DNA of 64,000 nucleotides, from the NCBI GenBank assembly GCA_973895155.1, contig OZ316893.1:1426860-1490859 (forward strand). Direction: 5' to 3'. Each line of letters starts with the position of its first letter. Within the stretch, counting starts at the first letter, position 1. This DNA comes from Marsupella aquatica (taxonomy: Eukaryota > Plantae > Marchantiophyta). The position numbers and the translations under genes are program-made. Positions 25,676 through 37,883 of this stretch are shown here, piece by piece. Under the pieces are notes generated by a model. The model did not search any database. It saw nothing but the letters and a program-made list of their open reading frames with translations, and was not told the origin of the DNA.

Positions 25676-28600
25676 ATGGCATCACCAGGTAATGGCAGGG
25701 CTTTGAATGGGCACAAACAGGGATCGCCCTACGAGATTGGCGAGCTCTCGAATTCCGTGGATGTCTCTGACTTTTATGAGGATTTTTTCGAGAGCGAAGG
25801 GAACGGTCGCCCGTGCTACCTGCCAGACTCCGGACAGGATGAAGACAATCCAATTCCGGGGGCTGATCGCGATGAATTCAGTTCCTTGGACGAGTCTGGA
25901 AAGCCAGTCAGTGATATTGTAAGCAACGAGGATAAGAACAAATCTCCCGAGGGGCACTCCGCATCAGCTCCACTTGTTGAGGGGAGAGGCAGTGGGATGA
26001 GCAAAGAGAAAGCTGTGACTAGGTCTAGCAGCTGTAGCTCTGTGAGTGAAGATGAGCCTCCAGAGAAGGAGGAGGATGGAGATATGGGAGGTGCAGACTC
26101 TTCATCAGAAGGACGTGCAGTAAACTCTGATCGGGAATTGTCTTCGGATCGAGGCCTAGATGGTCCTCCTAGCCCAAGTAGTAGTCAAGGAGGCACGAGT
26201 GGATATATAGCTGGAAGCGGTAGTAGCCTTGGGAATAGTGGGATTGATGTCGAAGGGGCCACAAGTATTGCTCCTAGCAGAGAAGCCGAAGGAAATGGCA
26301 GCAGCGAGCCGCAGGGGTCTTGGGAACCAGGAAAACGTCATCCTAACGAGGTTGGTGTACTCCTCTCTTCAATAAATAAAGAATTGGCCATAGCGTCTTT
26401 TGGGCTTTGGGGGTATCAGCAAGGCATAAATTGGGACTCTGACTTTGTAGGAGGTGTGGCGTACATATACGGTGGTGCTTCTGTAACCATAAAATTGCCA
26501 CTTGCACGAATTTGAGTCTTCAGTGCTTGTTCCGAAGGAGAGTGCGCTGTCGTAGTTCGAAGTAGTATATAGTTAATAGCTTGCTATCTATGTCCGCGTA
26601 CGTTACTATTGAGAGTTCTGTTAAATGGAGAGAAAATGTAACTTTTGAATTTTGAAATCGTAGTCACCACGTTATCTACGATACTGTGAAGCCTTTCGGA
26701 CAAGATGGAAGATGATATGGATGTTTTTCTAAGCGTACCTTCTTCTAAGTTGGAAAGTCTTCCACTTGCAGGATGACACAACCATTTCTTGGAGACAGCA
26801 CAAGAAGCACTTCTTCATTCTTAGCAATGCTGGAAAGCCAATCTACTCGAGGTTAGGACATGTCTCTCTTTACAACAACCATCTTCTCCTAATCTCTGCG
26901 ACACCTCTTTCGCCAAACCTTGAGATCTACCTGCCATACATGTCTTGTCGATTTGTACCTGATACAGTTTGGCCAAGTCGCCTGAGAAGATTTATAAGTC
27001 GTCGTCATCTTTGATTTTGAGGCAACGAGATCATTGGGTATACAATTCTAGCAATAGTTTTCTAAAGTGATGTGTGTGCCAGGAATTATTCTCTCGTTCG
27101 AATTTCTTGCTTCTTCAGTAGGATATTAGCGCAATGGAATCACCCTTACAGAAGTGGAGATGTGTGTAATTCAGTTGACTTAATTGTAACTTTCAGTGCT
27201 CAATGTCCTATTTACACAGATATGGAGATGAGAACAAGCTGGCAGGTTTTTCGGCAACCCTGCAAGCAATCATGTCGTTTGTTGAAGCCAGGTACTCCAG
27301 TGTTCTTCATTTATCGTTGCTTCGGTTCATGTTTTGGTGGTATAAAGGTAAATATAGACACCGTCTGATTATTTTTACCTTACTTTTTTCACCTGTGATG
27401 TTGTCCAGTGGGGATACAATACATTTAGTACGTGCAGGTGATCACCAGGTCAGTGTGTTTTCCAGAATTTGCGTCGTTTCGAAAACATCTGAGCTGTAGT
27501 TGGTCTAATTTCGTCTGAATGTGCTGTGGTATTCTGGTGTCAGTCTTGAACTCAAAAATTACTTATTATGGCTGGCAGGTCAACTCGTTAGAATTAGTTT
27601 TCTGTGTCTTGGTAGAGTATCGAGTTACGCATTTGGCGTAAGCTCTTGGTAGAGCTTCGAGTAACGTATTAATATTATAATCATATCTGGTATATTTGCA
27701 GATTCTTTTTCTAGTACGGGGTCCCCTGTACTTGGTATGCATTAGTTCAACAGATGAACCTTACGTGATTCTGAAGGGTCAGCTGGAGTTACTACATGGG
27801 CAGGTGTGTTGCACATCTGCAGTGCCTAGAATTGCTAGGTTGAGAGATCGGTGGCCAACGGGGCTAAAATTGAAATTGAATTGAATCATTTGGATAAGCT
27901 AAGTTACATATTTGGACCGCAGAGACGTATTCATAGGCATTTGTGGTCTGTACGATTGAGCGCAAGACTAAGTTCATGTCGTCCTATGCAGTTATTATTG
28001 ATCTTAACAAAAGCAGTGGAGAAATGCTTCACGAAGAACTCTAAATTTGACATGAGACCGCTTCTGGGAGGGACAGAGGTGGTGTTCTCCTCGTTGATTC
28101 ATGCCTTCAACTGGTACATTGCTCTTTCCCTTTCGCGATTTCTAAACCTTGGGTAGTCTGCTTTCCGATAAATTATCCTGACAAAAATTTATTGTTATCT
28201 ACTATTTGTCAGATAGGCGATAAGGATCCACGTAAGGTTTGATTAATGAAGTAATGGTGCCTTGAAGGTGGGTAGCTAGTGCGGTGAAAGTGAGATTGCT
28301 ACCGAAGGCGTCTTGACTTTCTTGTTCCACTTCGTCCCAGTTTTTGATATTCGTTTGTTCCCGTGTGTTTTAGGGATCCAGCGAGTTTTATTCACGGCTA
28401 CACCTGCCTACCTCTTCCCTATGTTGCAAGGCAGGCTGCAGTTGTTGCACTCCAAGACATGACAGAGACCGGGGCTTTGTTTGCCTTGTTGATGTGCGGC
28501 ACAAAGGTTCTCATGCTAATTTCCTTTTCGCAAGTTGAGAGGAATGTTGTATTGCCTGTATGATCTAGAGCAGGGTCTAATCCTAGTACTGAAAAAGTAG

Positions 28601-31600
28601 AGCATGCGATTTGTGCAGATAGTTGTGCATATTGGTAGAGGCCTCAAATTTTCAAGTCTTTTGATATGCAACTTAGGTCCAATCAAATAAGTTCAGCTAT
28701 TTAATGTAGAGTGACTGATTATGTGCAGGTAATTGGTCTGGTGGGACCACCAAAAGTTTCCCTTCATCCGGATGACATTTTACTGTTGTCCAACTTTATT
28801 TCATCTTCTGAATCGTTTAGGTGAGGGGTATGCGACTTTGCTCTTTTACTTTTGTTTGGAAGGGTGCAATGGATAGGTTTGTCCCTGTTACAAACGCATG
28901 ATTTCTTTCATCAAAACTTTCATCACGCCCTTACATGGCTTGCTTACGAAGGTCATTTTATTTATAGTTTTTGACTTCTTTCTGACTTGTGTCTTAGGAC
29001 ATCGGAGTCCTTCTCTCCAGTGTGTCTTCCTCGATATAACACATCGGCATTTTTGTACGCCTATGTGCAATATCTCGATGTGAGCACTATCCCTTTTCTC
29101 GTTCAAGTCATCACGGTTCTCTATGAGTTTGCTTCTTTAAGTTTTTCTGGCTTACTTTATATTGGGTCGACCTTTCGTTCAGTCGTTAACAGAGGCTAGA
29201 AACCAGAATTGCATGATTTCGATGACGTATGCAGGATATGAAAGATCATTTCGTAACTGGCAATGCTTTGATATACTTTTTGCTGATGTACAGAACGATA
29301 CATGCTTGATTCTTCTCTCTGGAGACTCTGGAAACTTCTTCCACCTCAAGGAATGCAGGTAAAGTGATGCAATGCTCACATGGAAGTATAATAACCTAGA
29401 AAGAACTCTACTTTGGACCTGCTCTACTTGCTCCAGGGTCTGTCGGATATGGTCAGGGACAGCGATCAGAATGTTCTCGTCTTAATGGAACTGGCCACTA
29501 GATTTGTTGCTTACTAAGGGCTTGAATTTTAGTGAACATCTACAGGGACGTGATGATATAGTGTGCTTCGGTTGGTTCATCACCTGGTGATTTCGAGATT
29601 CAGGATTCGTTCTCGTTTTATTGTCATCATGTTGATGGCGTTTTTGAAGCTCCCAACTTAAGCATTGCATGGCATTATATTGCGGGGCATCAATTTGAGT
29701 GAACAAGGAGAGGGTTTGTCCAGTGATCTGATGAGGCTCCCCTAGGTTAGTTTTATTTTGTCGATGTCATCCAATAAGGTTCAATTGTGTCTATGGAAAG
29801 TGTGCTTTGGGGTGGGGTTACTGGTTAGCACGATGGTTGAAAGCAATCTCCTTTCCCAGTCTCTTCATGGCTCTTCCTAACTACCAAACTGACTATCGTT
29901 GCCGGTGACTCGGTATCAAACTGTCCAGGGCTCGGATTGAGATTGTTCTGAAGGAATCAGAAGTGCTCAGGGCAGTGAACATCTCTTTGCTGCGAGGTGG
30001 TCTTCGAGTAGAAAATTTGCCAGAGGCACGCCCATCATCTGTTGAAGGGGCACAAACTGGGGCTCGTACCTTATCCAATGCAGGCGATGAACCTGTTTCA
30101 GGAATAGGTGGCCCAGCTGGTCTTTGGCACTTTATATATCTAAGTACCTATTTAAATCAATACGTGGCTTCAGAATTCTCACCACCATTGCACACCCGAG
30201 GTTCTCAAAAGAGGTACTTCCTTTCGTATCACCTCAGTATTTCCATTAAGGAGAGTCTCTGTATTAGTCCTGCTCAATGTCGTTGGCTTGAGCCTGTAAT
30301 GTACAGATTACTTTTTCATTTTTCGTTGCTTGGAGTTTTTCCTCTTTCTGCTTACCATACTTGACATTGGTACCTAGATTTTGGAAAGCAGTGTATGATT
30401 CTGTCAGAAAATGTTTGTTATTCCAGCTAAAAATGATTTGATGAGTTTTTTCTTCTATTACACAGTTTGAGACACTCAGAAACTAACCTTTTTTGCGGAC
30501 AAGATCGATCAGTACCACACTTCTCTCTGAATAACTATTTAGAGAGCACACCTGCGTCCCACTTGTGCTTTTGTGATGAGACAAGTTTTTTGTACCTTTT
30601 TTTTTTGTTTTCTGCAGGTAGTAGTCCTGGAAGAAGGGTGATTGAATATCTTTGTGCAAAGGCGCGAGGCCTTGGGTAGAACAATTTTCTCATGTCTTTA
30701 TTATGATTTTTCTGGATCCAGGTTGTACCGAGCTTATAAAAAACTGCATGCATCGATGCATGAAAATGGAACTGCTGGAGCCCACAAAATGCAATATAAG
30801 AAGGATGAAAATCACGGTGTGTAACTTCTAAGATGTGGTTACCCCTCTCGGAAATGTTTGCCGTTTTTACCGATTCCAACTAGCTTTCCTACTGCTATCC
30901 ATTCCTTCCCAGCACAGAGTACCCACAGCGTGGTGGTATTAAATCTGCGGTCTAGTTTACAAGAAGCTGTTGTTTATCCTCAGTGATTGTAGTCAATTCA
31001 ACTCCTCCACTCTGAGCATGGAATGCTCTTGAAAATGATCTCTGATTTTCTTGTCAGTACTGTGAAGCAAAGGGGATCCTGTGCACTGATAGTCTTCTAA
31101 TGGTCTTGTGAGCAGTTTTACTCTCCTGGAGTACTTCAGATTTCGAATTATACGCGGCTTTTGATCCTCTCGCTGAGAAAGTAAGTATCCCAAATCCATG
31201 GAACCGTTTCTTGTATCATCTCCCTATTGAGCTTCAGATAGGTGAGCATAGAGCAAACATGAAAAAGTAGTTAAGTACAGAAAGATAGAACACAGACTGA
31301 AAAATGCTTTTGTCGATTTGCATGGGCAGTTTTTGTACACGAGCTCTAATTTTACTTCTGAGTAATTCTATCAGTGTAGAGTAAACTTCTAGGCTGTTTT
31401 AGTATACACTTGTCATTAGAACATTGTCTGAAGAGATTTTCTAGCAAAGAGGCATTTGATATGAGTAACTCGGAAACAGGGAAGATGGCTGACCCAGCAA
31501 TCTACTGTAGATGATCCCTCATTCGAATTCGGGTTTTTCACTTCCTTGACACTTACCGTTCAGTTAAAAGGTATTTGTCCTGATTGAACTGATTTTTTTG

Positions 31601-31704
31601 TTCTGCAGAGTGATGCAATAACAGTGTGCAATCGTATATGCCAATGGCTTCGGGACATGGAAAGCGAGATATTTTTATTAGGTGCAGCTCCTTTTAGCTG
31701 GTAA
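25676..31704 (+). CDS. MON1: Vacuolar fusion protein MON1/SAND (RAB7 GEF subunit), 14 exons
   Basis: Exons 25676-26350, 26772-26851, 27220-27291, 27409-27448, 27702-27803, 27992-28113, 28374-28506, 28729-28820, 28998-29079, 29294-29358, 29929-30213, 30722-30816, 31116-31180 and 31609-31704. Motifs: [80 protein letters not shown] and C-terminal PFSW. Confidence 0.97.
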
Positions 31705-33429
31705 GTTTTTGCAGTTGGGGAAAGACTTGTAGCACTCTACATGGTCTTTTCAGGAATTAGAAGTCGTGATAATTCAATTCTTCAATAAGACTGCCAAAGG
31801 CATGACTTTGGTTAGCTTTACACAATACCTCTTGTTACATCAGTGTACTTGTCCATACTGGTGCTGCCCAGGCCGCAGTGAGAAGCGCATCCTATAATTG
31901 TTCGTTTTACAGTTGATTACAATGTAAGGGTTGGACCTAGCAAATCACCCATGCTAGCGTTTACTATTTATTCCCTAGTCAATGGACCCTTTAGCGGGTT
32001 ATTTGTCAGGACAGGGCTATAAATGGAATCAAAATGAATTTGGGCTTTGCCCGCTTCAATTTTATCAATGGGAAGTTTTCAATTAAGTCGTGGAGGTTGA
32101 GACCCGTGGTTATGACGCCTGTCGTCAAGGTGCCAGTGCACAAGCTAGAAATTTCGCACAAGGCTACTGTTTTGGTAAGCACATGTCATCTATCTGATGG
32201 CAGAGATGATATTGGGAAGGCATTGAAGTTTCCAGACTGTTTTGCAGGAATACGAAAGTTCTTTACAGATACTTTGGTTGTTGAGAACGCTATTCTGCTG
32301 GTGCTTTGATGTTTACACTGCGAAGTCCATGTCTACTTCGTCTTGTTATGTTGCAGGATGAATTGCATCCTTTCTCTATGCCAGATCCAGGAGTCAACCA
32401 GCTTTCCAATTCCGGCTGCAGTTTTAAACACTTCAGCAGGTTTTTTTCAGTCTGTCAATAGCAATTACTCCTAGAATTGGAACTTTCCTTTCGTTTGGAA
32501 GTTGCAGGAATATTTTCCCTGCACTCATAAGTCATGTTAGGTGTCTTTACAGCTTTTGAGAAGCTTCGCGCAACTGACCTAATGAAAGTTTCTGACGTGA
32601 CATCTTTGCTTGAGACACCTCTGAGATGTACTTGTTCTGTGAATTATCTCAGCCGCTTTCTTACTTAATCAAAGCAATCTGGAAATCGAGTTGCCGTTTG
32701 GCACAGTCAGTATCTGGTGCTTTAATATCCAGATAATTATCTTGAAGTGTATCGTGTGGTCCTCGAGGAATAGAAATACTGCCAGCCGGGGATTGTTGCT
32801 CTGATGAGCCGAAGAACTTCTAGTATATCATAAGTGATCAAAGTATTGCCTGACGTCTCAGCATCTGAATGCAGTACTGCTGTCAAGCTTAGGCAGGATC
32901 GTTACTCACCGCTTCGAGACTTCAGCCAGACATTTGTGAAGGCGAAGATTGCCCCAAGACGATATTGGAGGCCGTCCATAGCAGGTTCATTTCATGTAAT
33001 ATCGACTCTCTAACCCCTAGATACTTTGGTTGGCAGAGGAAACATGGAACTTCTATAATTCATCTACCATGTCCCAAAAAGAAGTCGACAATAATGACCA
33101 AGTCAGACTGTTCCATTACTTCTTTTTTCTGCTCAAACTGAATGTCTCTGAATTCTATTCGGTATAAAACATCAGCGAATAGGTCAATCAGGGGAGCGGA
33201 CAGTTTGCAAGAATCAAACCCCTGAAATGTGGAAGAGAATTCTGAAGGTGAAGGATAGTTTCGGAGCTGCAGCAAGCAGGTAACAGGACTGTCTGAAACC
33301 CACAGAGCGTATACTGCAGCATTAAATGGGCGTTGGTGATACATGACGAGGGTAAGTACAGTAGAGTGCTTGCCATAAGTTAGATGAAGAAATGATCGTC
33401 GAGCACAAGAAATATGACTACAGGGGTGA

Positions 33430-33522
33430 GAGCATCTCCAGCGAGGCTATCACAAATCAGTGTATCTCTCCAATGCAAATGTCATCCGCTGTTGTTATAT
33501 TGGGCCACAGCAGGAGGTGCTC
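33430..33522. mobile_element. Tiny PIF/Harbinger (Tourist-like) MITE or relic
   Basis: GAGCATCTCCAGC ... GCAGGAGGTGCTC inverted termini (11/13 match), flanked by TGA and TCA. Confidence 0.5.
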
Positions 33523-33610
33523 TCACATGTCTGAATTGTGTTTTCAACTTCAACACAGACCTGATTAATGTACAAGAAACTGCCACACTTCCAAGTTTCG
33601 GGGGAGTATA

Positions 33611-34164
33611 GAGCATCTAGTGCTTATAGGATCAAATGCACCTGTAATCTCTTAAACAAATATATACGGGTTGAGATTCCCTCTAAAAAGGACATATAGG
33701 GATTGAGTTTGGAGGGATGGCTTCTCACCGCGCGTTGCCCCTATCCCTAAACAAAAGCCAGCCAGCCTCCATTTTCACAACTCCTGACCTCCATATTTGT
33801 TGAAAATGGCAGCCAGGAGATAGACCTCTACCCTGACCACTATTCTCATCTCAGTCAGAGATATTACCACATGTCACAAGATCCTTGATATGATTGAGAT
33901 CTTGAACCTAGGTATGACAAGGCATCATTTTGGAGGGATAGAGGTCAAAGAAAGACCACATGTCACAAGATCCTTGATATGAATGAGATATTCAACATAG
34001 GTATGACAACACATCATTTTGGAGGGATAGAGGTCAAAGAAAAGTGATGAACTGCGGGTGATTGAATTCAATATGAGGGCTTTTCTAATTTCTAGGCTCC
34101 AAATGATGGGCTATATTTTGAGTTTAGAGGTCATTAACCCCTATTTAAACCACTGGAGATGCTC
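33611..34164. mobile_element. PIF/Harbinger (Tourist-like) MITE with an internal 2 x ~89-bp duplication
   Basis: The right end CACTGGAGATGCTC is followed by TAA. Its reverse complement matches 33611 onward (GAGCATCT--AGTG...ATAGG...AATGCACCTGTAATCTC) over ~45 bp, and also matches 33430 at 13/14. ACCACATGTCACAAGATCCTTGATATGA... occurs twice (~33866, ~33955). Confidence 0.7.
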
Positions 34165-34369
34165 TAATGCCCTGGTAACACCTAGCTTTTTGGGGTTTTT
34201 TTTGTTTTGAAAGAATCATGCAGGCCAGTCAAAACCAAGTAAGGGGACAAAAGCTGCCAAGAAGGAGAATAAAGGGCGCAAGCGCCAAAAAGGCCAGACG
34301 ACCTGCAAAACAAACCAACCAACTAGTCAGGCCATGAGGTCCTAGAAAAAACCATAACAAGGTAGCCCG

Positions 34370-35065
34370 CTTAGAGTCACAGACAATGCCCTTGAGAGCA
34401 AGTACTTAAGCCTTATCTGCCTGTATTTCAAGTATGGGCCGGTTAGAGTCCCAGACAATGCCCTTCATAACAAGTAGTTAAGCCACATCTCCCTGTATTT
34501 GAAGTATGAGTGCAATCTCCTATATGATGTGTTTCTGGGCAATTTGTTCATTTTCTGGAATAGTTGGCCGTCATTGTCATCCATGGGTTACTTGTCATGT
34601 GTAATCTCCTATATGGAATGTTTCTGAGCAGTTTTGGTCATATATTTGGTCCTCGTTGTCATCTCATCTCTGTGTCAGAGGGGTCAATCCATGGCTCAAA
34701 ATGTAGATTTGAATGAGATCTATGACTAGCACAAAAATGGTTTATATTTTGGGAGAAATTCCAAAACAGATTACTTACGCTATGTTGGCGTGAAATATAT
34801 GGGCAGTAAGCAAGGCAGGGCCCACTTGGGGATGAGTAAAGAGTGACTTGGAAGGAGTAAGCAGGGGCATAAGTGAGCAAGGGAGGAACTGTGGTTTGAT
34901 ACACTTTAATCCCTAAACAAAACACACTGTAACCCATAAAAGATTGCGTGGGCAGGAGTGAGCAAAGGAGGAACTGTGTTTCATGCACTTTAATCCCTAA
35001 ATGATTGACCGGGCAGGAGTGAGCAAGGAAGGAACTATGGTTTAATGCACTTTGATCACAAACCC
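34370..35065. repeat. Short tandem duplications in TE-like DNA
   Basis: 2 x ~72 bp (TTAGAGTC.CAGACAATGCCCTT..., 34371/34443) and 3 x ~60-85 bp (AGTGAGCAA.G.AGGAACT.TG.TT..AT.CACTTT, 34870-35065). Confidence 0.75.
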
Positions 35066-36172
35066 CACCCAAAAGTGGGGTTCAGAGGAAGCTTTTGTCA
35101 CTTAGATAAAAGTGACATTTTTTATAACTAGGAGCAAACAGATGCAAATGGGCAGCGGACAGTCCAAACATCAGAAATAACATTCCAGGGACTCGTCTGG
35201 CCAAATCTTGCAAGGTCATTCCTCGCATGTCAACGAGAGCCCTGCACACCACAGTCCCCTAAACACTGATGAGCACCTTAGAAGCAATGGAGGCCACAGT
35301 TGCAATGCGCACTCTTAGTTTTTCGAATTTCAGTGTTTCAGGCCAGACTTTGCAATCTCAGGGGTCTCACATCATGCACAAAGTTTTTTGTTAATAAAAT
35401 ACACTCTATTTTCTGGAATGTTTTAAGGATCTTTCAAATTTTGGTATTAAAAACCACTCTTTACTTAAAACTCTCAAAGTTGGATTAAAACACCCCTCAA
35501 GTTGTACCACAAAATAAATCTTTTGCAAAACACAAAAAATACCTATATATATTTGTGCGTGATGGGAGAAGGATTGTTCTTACCCCCTAACCCTGCCCAT
35601 GGAACCTTACCTTTAGCCCCCTGCCGCGCCAGCCCCCAACCCCCAATTTGACACCCTCTATTGCTTTACTTATTGACCTGCATTTGGAATTATTACTGTA
35701 ACTGAACCGTCGCAGTCCCGTTATTGCTCGACGTTGTTGGACCCCCAACCGTCTGCGTGGCCGTCCGCCAAGGCCCCGGCTTCGGCTACTATCGCCATGC
35801 ATTACCGCCGCTAAATTGGCGAGGCGTGCCCCGTCTCTTGCCCCCCGCCAAGTCCGGCCCGCTATCTACGACAGTGGGACTGCGATTGCGTTTTCCCAGA
35901 GTCTGACGTGAGCCTCCCTGTTTGCTTATTTGGCGACGCTTCTTCTTTCGTCCTTCCTTCCCCTAATTCATCGTTTCCGCCCTCCTTCCTCGCCACGCAC
36001 GCAACGCGACAAACAAGAAACGTTGGCCGAACGAACGTAGTCTCCACGGAACTATATGTAGGGGTGGGTTCCATTGAATCCCTCGGCCCCTCTCATTCCC
36101 TCTGGGAGCGCCCCCTTCCCTTCCCCTTCCTTTTCCGTGTTTCGCGTTCTCTTCGTTTTCCCGTGTACTCAA

Positions 36173-36610
36173 ATGGAATAATGTCACAGCGAAGACTCAA
36201 TTCTTTGGCAATCGATCGATTGATCGATTGATTGATCGATCGATTCATTGAGCGATCGGAGTGATCGGACTTGCACGCTACGGTACATGTGATCGCCCCT
36301 TTGACCCAATCTCTCTATTCTTTAAAATATCTTGATTTGAGTCTCGGAGCTTCCCGAGGAAGAGACTGCAAAAGCGAGTGAAGAGGGAGGGCGGGCAGAA
36401 GTTTCTTCGCCTGTACGCTAAATTGTAAATTGAGTCATGGATGCCGCAACGAAGATTGAATAAGTCGCTTTTCATCGAGTGATCGATGAGATTGACCGAT
36501 CGACTTGTACGCTACGGTACTTGCGATCTCGGCTTTGATCCTCTCGCTCTCTCGGAGCAGCTTCTCACTGACGGGATCGCAGAGTGAGTGCAGAAGGCAG
36601 AAGTTTCGAC
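36173..36610 (+). repeat. Diverged tandem duplication in the leader of paralog B; each copy starts with a short uORF
   Basis: Copies share ATGGA..ATG.C.CA.CGAAGA.T.AAT, GACTTG.ACGCTACGGTAC.TG.GATC, TCTCGGAGC and GGCAGAAGTTTC. uORFs are 36181-36231 (MSQRRLNSLAIDRLID) and 36441-36482 (MPQRRLNKSLFIE). Confidence 0.75.
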
Positions 36611-37151
36611 GATTTGCGTGGACGGAAACGATACATATATATATCCTGCATTCGTTCCATGTCATTTGACTTGTGGCAGCAGTACCGACCGACCCGTCTG
36701 TTCAGAATCTCACCTGATCCATAGTGTAGGCGTGGGCCAATTCTCGGGTTGCGTATTGAGGCGTTGCATTTGGCGTTACGTCACAGGGCAGTCCTCTCAG
36801 GTCATCAATCATCAACTACATCTTCAGTAGTGAAAAGGTGTTCCTGTTCTTGTAGAGACGGAATTGAAGCGAAACTGGTGAAGCGAAACTGATTGATTGA
36901 TTGATCGATTGATCGATTGCGGGTTTGTTCTGTATAAGTTTTCCGGTCTTTGTTTCGTCGTTGGAGGGTGTAGGTGAGTGCTTGTGAAGGGCCTCTGTCG
37001 CAGCACTTGCAATCCGTTTCACGAAATCAGAGTTGTGTGTGTGTGTGTGTGTGTGTTTTCCGAAACTTTTGTTTGCTAGAGTTTGCTGGGAACGTCTATA
37101 CTTGCGACGGGCCGAAAACTCGTCATTGATATTGCCGGTCAACGACAGAGC

Positions 37152-37883
37152 ATGAAGCGAGAGGGTCGAATTCACGGATGCAACGTGCGAGTGGGCAAGC
37201 GGGCATGGGGAGACGGAGGATACCGGGGGAAGGTATCGTTCAACAAGCCTACCAACCAGTCCAAAAACACGATGAAGCACCCCATCCCGCCCGTAGCGCC
37301 AATCGTCCACAACGAGCATGAATTGCCGATGCAGAAGTCCATTGGCAAGACCAAGAGCGCCTTCAAAGCCAAAGATCTGGATATCACCCGAAACCACCTC
37401 ATGCAGGATTGGAAAATTTACAAACGCGGACTCCCCGTCGAGGAGAATTACGACGACGAGGGCTCGGATGAATATCGCGAGCACTGGACAAGCGATGAGT
37501 ATGGGAATGGTGGACAGGATGAGGAGGAGGAGGAGGATGACGATGAAGATGAGGAGCAGCAGGAGGAGGAGTCCTGGGATGCCGACTATCGTGGCAGGTC
37601 GCAGATGGTCCTGCCAATTGAGAGCCTGTTGACGGTGCGCAAGCGGAAGATTGCACCAGCCAAGGCAACTACGGGTCAGCAGCAGCCGCGGCGGCAGCAG
37701 CATCTTACCTTGACCGATGCCGTTGGTGTTGCGGAAATTGTGGTCGAGGAGCCGGCCGCTGACGATGGCAACAACAGTGACCAATTTGAGAGCTGGTGGG
37801 GCCTCGGATTTTACGATGAGGAAGAGGTGCCGGACGACTGGTTTCTCATAACCGAGGGGGAGGATTTCGTCGTTCCTGCCTGA
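37152..37883 (+). CDS. Uncharacterised plant protein, paralog B (MKREGRIHG...KPTNQSK...poly-E/D), ~243 aa, intronless
   Basis: The ATG at 37152 aligns with the paralog A start; shared motifs as for 13179-13814; long acidic tract. Confidence 0.85.
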   Translation: MKREGRIHGCNVRVGKRAWGDGGYRGKVSFNKPTNQSKNTMKHPIPPVAPIVHNEHELPMQKSIGKTKSAFKAKDLDITRNHLMQDWKIYKRGLPVEENYDDEGSDEYREHWTSDEYGNGGQDEEEEEDDDEDEEQQEEESWDADYRGRSQMVLPIESLLTVRKRKIAPAKATTGQQQPRRQQHLTLTDAVGVAEIVVEEPAADDGNNSDQFESWWGLGFYDEEEVPDDWFLITEGEDFVVPA

